Origin: Cyanobacteria bacterium P01_A01_bin.123
GTDB lineage: Bacteria; Cyanobacteriota; Cyanobacteriia; Phormidesmidales; Phormidesmidaceae
DNA length: 64,000 bases
Direction of reading: 5' to 3'
Assembly (NCBI GenBank): GCA_039815185.1
Contig: JBCBZT010000007.1
Location: 149,403 to 213,402 of the forward strand
Shown piece by piece: positions 60,720-64,000 of the stretch. Every line of letters starts with the position of its first letter. Position 1 is the first letter of the stretch. The position numbers and the translations under genes were made by a program. The notes beneath the pieces are model-generated. The model was not told the DNA's origin. It searched no databases and saw only the letters and a list, made by a program, of their open reading frames with translations.

Positions 60720-61460
60720 CTAGGAAGCAACTTCTGCCGGGGTTGACTGGAGCTGTTCCCGAGTGGGTAACTCTAAACAGTAGCCTGCGCCGTAGACCGT
60801 CTTAATATACTTCGGATGACGAGGGTCGGGTTCTAACTTAGTTCGTAAGTGTCTGACGTGGACGCGAATAGTTTCAATATCGTCTGTCGGTTCGTAACCC
60901 CAAACTTCCTTCAGAATTTCAGGGGGAGAGACGGTTTGCCCATGGCGTTGCAATAAGCAGTGCAGTAGTTCGAATTCTAAATGGGTCAGCTTAACCGTCT
61001 CATCAAACCAGATTGCTTCAAACCGTTCTGGAATCAGTGTCAGTGGCCCATAGTTAAGAATTTCACTATGCTTTGCAGCTTGGGGAATGCGGTCGGTGCG
61101 TCTCAAGAGTGCTCTAACCCGAGCAAGCATTTCTTCTAGCTCGAAAGGTTTGGTGAGATAGTCATCGGCACCGGCATTGAAGCCATCTACCTTATCTTGG
61201 GTTTGCCCCAGAGCCGTGAGCATCAGCACAGGAATTTCAGCCGTACGACTGTCGCGCCGGACTCTCTGGCAAACGGTAAGCCCATCAACCCGAGGTAGCA
61301 TCAAATCCAACATGATTAAATCAGGCAGTAGCTGGACTGCTAAAGCCTGCCCCTTAATGCCGTCTGGGGCTTGACTGACATCATAGCCAGCCATTTCAAG
61401 GTTGACCGCTACCAGGTCGGAAATGGAAGGATCGTCGTCAATAACAAGTATTCGAGGCAT
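60720..61460 (-). CDS. rpaA: OmpR-family response regulator RpaA (circadian output)
   Basis: [49 protein letters not shown]. Confidence 0.95.
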   Translation of the reverse strand: MPRILVIDDDPSISDLVAVNLEMAGYDVSQAPDGIKGQALAVQLLPDLIMLDLMLPRVDGLTVCQRVRRDSRTAEIPVLMLTALGQTQDKVDGFNAGADDYLTKPFELEEMLARVRALLRRTDRIPQAAKHSEILNYGPLTLIPERFEAIWFDETVKLTHLEFELLHCLLQRHGQTVSPPEILKEVWGYEPTDDIETIRVHVRHLRTKLEPDPRHPKYIKTVYGAGYCLELPTREQLQSTPAEVAS

Positions 61461-61733
61461 TGCTTTAAACGGGATTAACTATGGGAATCTATAAAAATTT
61501 GGATCTCATCGGGAGACCACTGCTGCACCTAACATGAAATCCTGTTTAGGAATTAAAATTTTCCTAAACACATTATAAGGGACACTCCTGCTTTGTCTTT
61601 AGTCAGGGTTGTTACACGACTCGACTTTAATTTTTTCTTTAGATTATCCTGAAACGTCCCTGGACTCTGCTGGACATTGTTTATGTCTGCTGCCTTCACC
61701 AAAAATTAAGGCGATTTCTAGCTAGGACTGTAC

Positions 61734-61767
61734 CTGCCCAATTCTTATGACAATGAGAATTGGGCAG
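61734..61767. terminator. Hairpin downstream of tRNA-Asn
   Basis: CTGCCCAATTCT ... AGAATTGGGCAG, 12-bp stem. Confidence 0.5.
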
Positions 61768-61819
61768 AACAACTAGAACCTTTCGCAGGCTTGTTGCCCT
61801 AAATATCGGGTGTATTAAA

Positions 61820-61891
61820 CTCCCCAGGTAGGATTCGAACCTACGACCAATCGGTTAACAGCCGACCGCTCTACCACTGAGCTACTGAGGA
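61820..61891 (-). tRNA. trnN: tRNA-Asn (GTT)
   Basis: TCCTCAGTAGCTCAGTGGTAGAGCGGTCGGCTGTTAACCGATTGGTCGTAGGTTCGAATCCTACCTGGGGAG; no encoded CCA. Confidence 0.97.
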
Positions 61892-62023
61892 ATGCGGATC
61901 CCATATTAGCTATAAGCTTAACGCTTTGGCAAGTCCTTCGAGCAGCTTTTGTGTTTGAAAAGCATAGCTACTTATTTTCAACGTTTTTTGATTGTCAGCT
62001 TTCTCAGTCTATGCGTTGAGAAT

Positions 62024-62578
62024 TTAAGGATCGAGCCCCATCCGCAATCTGTCGAGCTGTTCCTGGACTTTGGGGTCTAGCGTATTTGCTAAGAGTCGTT
62101 TCGTTGATTGCTTCTGGGTTCGTTGTCGTTGCTTCACGCCTTGAACAGAAACCTGAACATCCATAGCGAGTTGCTTGGCTGACATCCACTCTGCGCCATA
62201 GCCCACTACTGTTAACTGTTGGGCACGATCAGAGGTGGCAACAATGAGTCGATGGGTAAATTTGCGCGCATTGTTGCGAAACTGCGCACAGACTTTTTCA
62301 ATGTAGGTATCGGCAGTTTGACCAAAAGCAGTGTAGTGTACTCGCAGATTTTGGGTAATCACAGTTTGATTGCTGGGGGTCTGTTGAGAATAGGCATCAA
62401 AGACAAGATGAGTCTCAAAGCCCTTAAAAGCGCTGTAGTTGACTAAAGTTTCTACCAAATCTGAACGGGCTTGATCGAGTCCACCCTTAGCCTGGGACTG
62501 TGCCAAGTTTGGCCAGGCCCCAATCATGTTGTATCCATCGACGAGCAGCAGGGCTTCAGATGAAGGTGATGAAGGCAT
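62024..62578 (-). CDS. NYN-domain (YacP/Rae1-like) nuclease
   Basis: LLVDGYNMIG, LVFDA, TADTYIE, VATSD. Confidence 0.9.
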   Translation of the reverse strand: MPSSPSSEALLLVDGYNMIGAWPNLAQSQAKGGLDQARSDLVETLVNYSAFKGFETHLVFDAYSQQTPSNQTVITQNLRVHYTAFGQTADTYIEKVCAQFRNNARKFTHRLIVATSDRAQQLTVVGYGAEWMSAKQLAMDVQVSVQGVKQRQRTQKQSTKRLLANTLDPKVQEQLDRLRMGLDP

Positions 62579-62603
62579 GGCGACTGGCTTGCTGCTGGAG
62601 TGG

Positions 62604-63281
62604 TTACTGCTTGGAATTAAAAAGCTGATGTTTGAGGCGTTGTGGATCGCCCTGATCAATCACGCGACCTTGATCAAGTAAAAAAGCGCGATCGCAGTAG
62701 TCAAGTTCGATCAGCCGATGGGTTACCCATAGGGCTGTCAGCCCCCAGTCCTTAACCAATCGCTGCACTTGTGCTACCAAGTCTAACTGGCTGTCTGGAT
62801 CTAACAGGGCAGTGGGTTCATCCAATAGCAGAATGTTGCAATGCCGCGCGATTGCCCCGGCAATCGCTACTCGTTGCTTTTGGCCTCCACTTAGGGCGTA
62901 AATAGGACGCCGCTGCAACTTCTCTAAATTGACCGCTGATAGAGCCTCCCCAACGCGCTGTCGTACCTGAGTATAGGTGAGCCGTTCTGATACTAAGCCA
63001 AAGGCCACATCTGCCCCAACGGTAGGCATCACCAACTGATGATCGGGATTTTGAAACACAAAGCCCACTGAACCCTGCATCTGAATTGTGCCCGTTTGGG
63101 GTTTGAGCAATCGAGCCAGGAGGCGCAGTAAGGTAGATTTGCCGCTGCCATTGGTGCCTAGCAGCATGCAGAACTCTCCGGGCTGCACTGTCAACGAACA
63201 TCGAGATAGGACGGTCTCCTCAGAAGGCCACTTAAAGCTAAGATCCTCAATCGCGATCGCGGGCGCTGCGCCTCCAGCCAT
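62604..63281 (-). CDS. ECF/CbiO-type ABC transporter ATPase
   Basis: GTNGSGKS, VFQNPDHQ, LSGGQKQR, LLDEPT. Confidence 0.92.
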   Translation of the reverse strand: MAGGAAPAIAIEDLSFKWPSEETVLSRCSLTVQPGEFCMLLGTNGSGKSTLLRLLARLLKPQTGTIQMQGSVGFVFQNPDHQLVMPTVGADVAFGLVSERLTYTQVRQRVGEALSAVNLEKLQRRPIYALSGGQKQRVAIAGAIARHCNILLLDEPTALLDPDSQLDLVAQVQRLVKDWGLTALWVTHRLIELDYCDRAFLLDQGRVIDQGDPQRLKHQLFNSKQ

Positions 63282-63299
63282 AACCTTTGAACCTAATGA

Positions 63300-63572
63300 T
63301 TATTCGTTAACCATGCTGAAGAAGCCCGGGGGTTTACCCGAGGCTGCCGATGTGCCCGATTTCTCATAAATCTGGACTGCGGCAATCTGGTTTGAAAGCA
63401 GCGCAATCTTCTTCTCATTTTGCTGATCGCACGCCAACTCCAACATCTCTGGGCTTTTCGTTCTCATCGCTTCTAGCAGAGACTTATAGAGGGCTTGCGC
63501 TGCTGAGGCTTCTTTCTTTTGCACCGAGAGGGTCAATGGCGTGTTCTGTAGCGTAACGTCAATAGTAAACAT
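63300..63572 (-). CDS. Conserved cyanobacterial hypothetical protein (UPF0367-like)
   Basis: MFTIDVTL..TPLTLSVQKKE...KPPGFF. Confidence 0.75.
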   Translation of the reverse strand: MFTIDVTLQNTPLTLSVQKKEASAAQALYKSLLEAMRTKSPEMLELACDQQNEKKIALLSNQIAAVQIYEKSGTSAASGKPPGFFSMVNE

Positions 63573-63859
63573 GGTTTTCAGCAATCTCACAGATCCCTTG
63601 GACTATAACATTCTAAAAATCTTCTTAACTTTTTAACAGCTTCAGAAACCTCTGCCAATGCTGACTTACATTGATTTGTCTGGGCTGAGCTGCCTTGAGT
63701 CAAAGATGACTTCTCAGAAAGTATCCCTATAATAAGAAATACGGTAAAGAAAAGTAAACACAGTGTCTTACTTATTGATCCTTTCGGACCGATGGGTTGG
63801 GTAGCTGTTTAGCTTCCGTCATTATCTAAATATAGTTAACTCATTTGGAGAACCGCGCT

Positions 63860-64000
63860 ATGACCATAGCAATGGGACGTGCGCAAGCCAATCGTGGATG
63901 GTTCGACGCCGTCGACGACTGGCTCAAGCGTGACCGATTCGTCTTCATCGGCTGGTCTGGTCTACTGTTGTTTCCCTGCGCCTTCATGGCACTCGGGGGC
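63860..64000 (+). CDS. psbD: Photosystem II D2 protein, 5' part; runs off window end
   Basis: Hand translation [54 protein letters not shown]. Confidence 0.98.
   Translation, partial: MTIAMGRAQANRGWFDAVDDWLKRDRFVFIGWSGLLLFPCAFMALGG

Larger units (their letters stand above)
1..64000. repeat. HIP1 octamer GCGATCGC, dispersed
   Basis: Dozens of copies by eye, in both coding and intergenic DNA. Confidence 0.95.

Noticed and set aside
61700..62020. Integrative element at tRNA-Asn
   Set aside because: No duplicated tRNA 3' end or integrase; flanks are core genes.
558..63556. Many short antisense or alternative-frame ORFs in the track
   Set aside because: Shadows of well-supported genes with no motifs of their own.

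Overview
64 kb of a cyanobacterial chromosome. Evidence: abundant HIP1 GCGATCGC octamers, psbD, chlP, rpaA, bciB-like gene and a cyanobacterial PEP-CTERM protein; the style suggests a Leptolyngbya/Nodosilinea-type filamentous strain, but that is inference. Housekeeping blocks include gatB, argJ, dnaG, nei, cbiX with a cobalamin riboswitch, bioY, lspA, PBP1A, nurA, chlP, rpaA, tRNA-Asn and the start of psbD. They flank an accessory island at about 28.2-43.6 kb, almost all on the minus strand. The main observation is integron-type recombination architecture with no integrase in the window. It comprises an intact 695-bp toxin-antitoxin cassette bounded by GTTATGCCGC and a complete attC, an attI-like site with three palindromic repeats upstream, a second related attC overlapping the stop codon of a decayed GNAT gene, and a half-attC. 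The cassette sits between a SARP/STAND regulator and a likely target operon (GNAT, flavin monooxygenase/acyl-CoA dehydrogenase, PEP-CTERM protein, cysteine dioxygenase, CysK-glutaredoxin fusion) whose promoter has 11-bp-phased GGAAC repeats. Other notable items are a 2285-aa helical-repeat/KAP NTPase, a corA broken by an apparent microhomology deletion, a HIP1-capped hairpin repeat, and candidate NrdR, LexA and Fur boxes. All calls were made by eye; no database searches were run.
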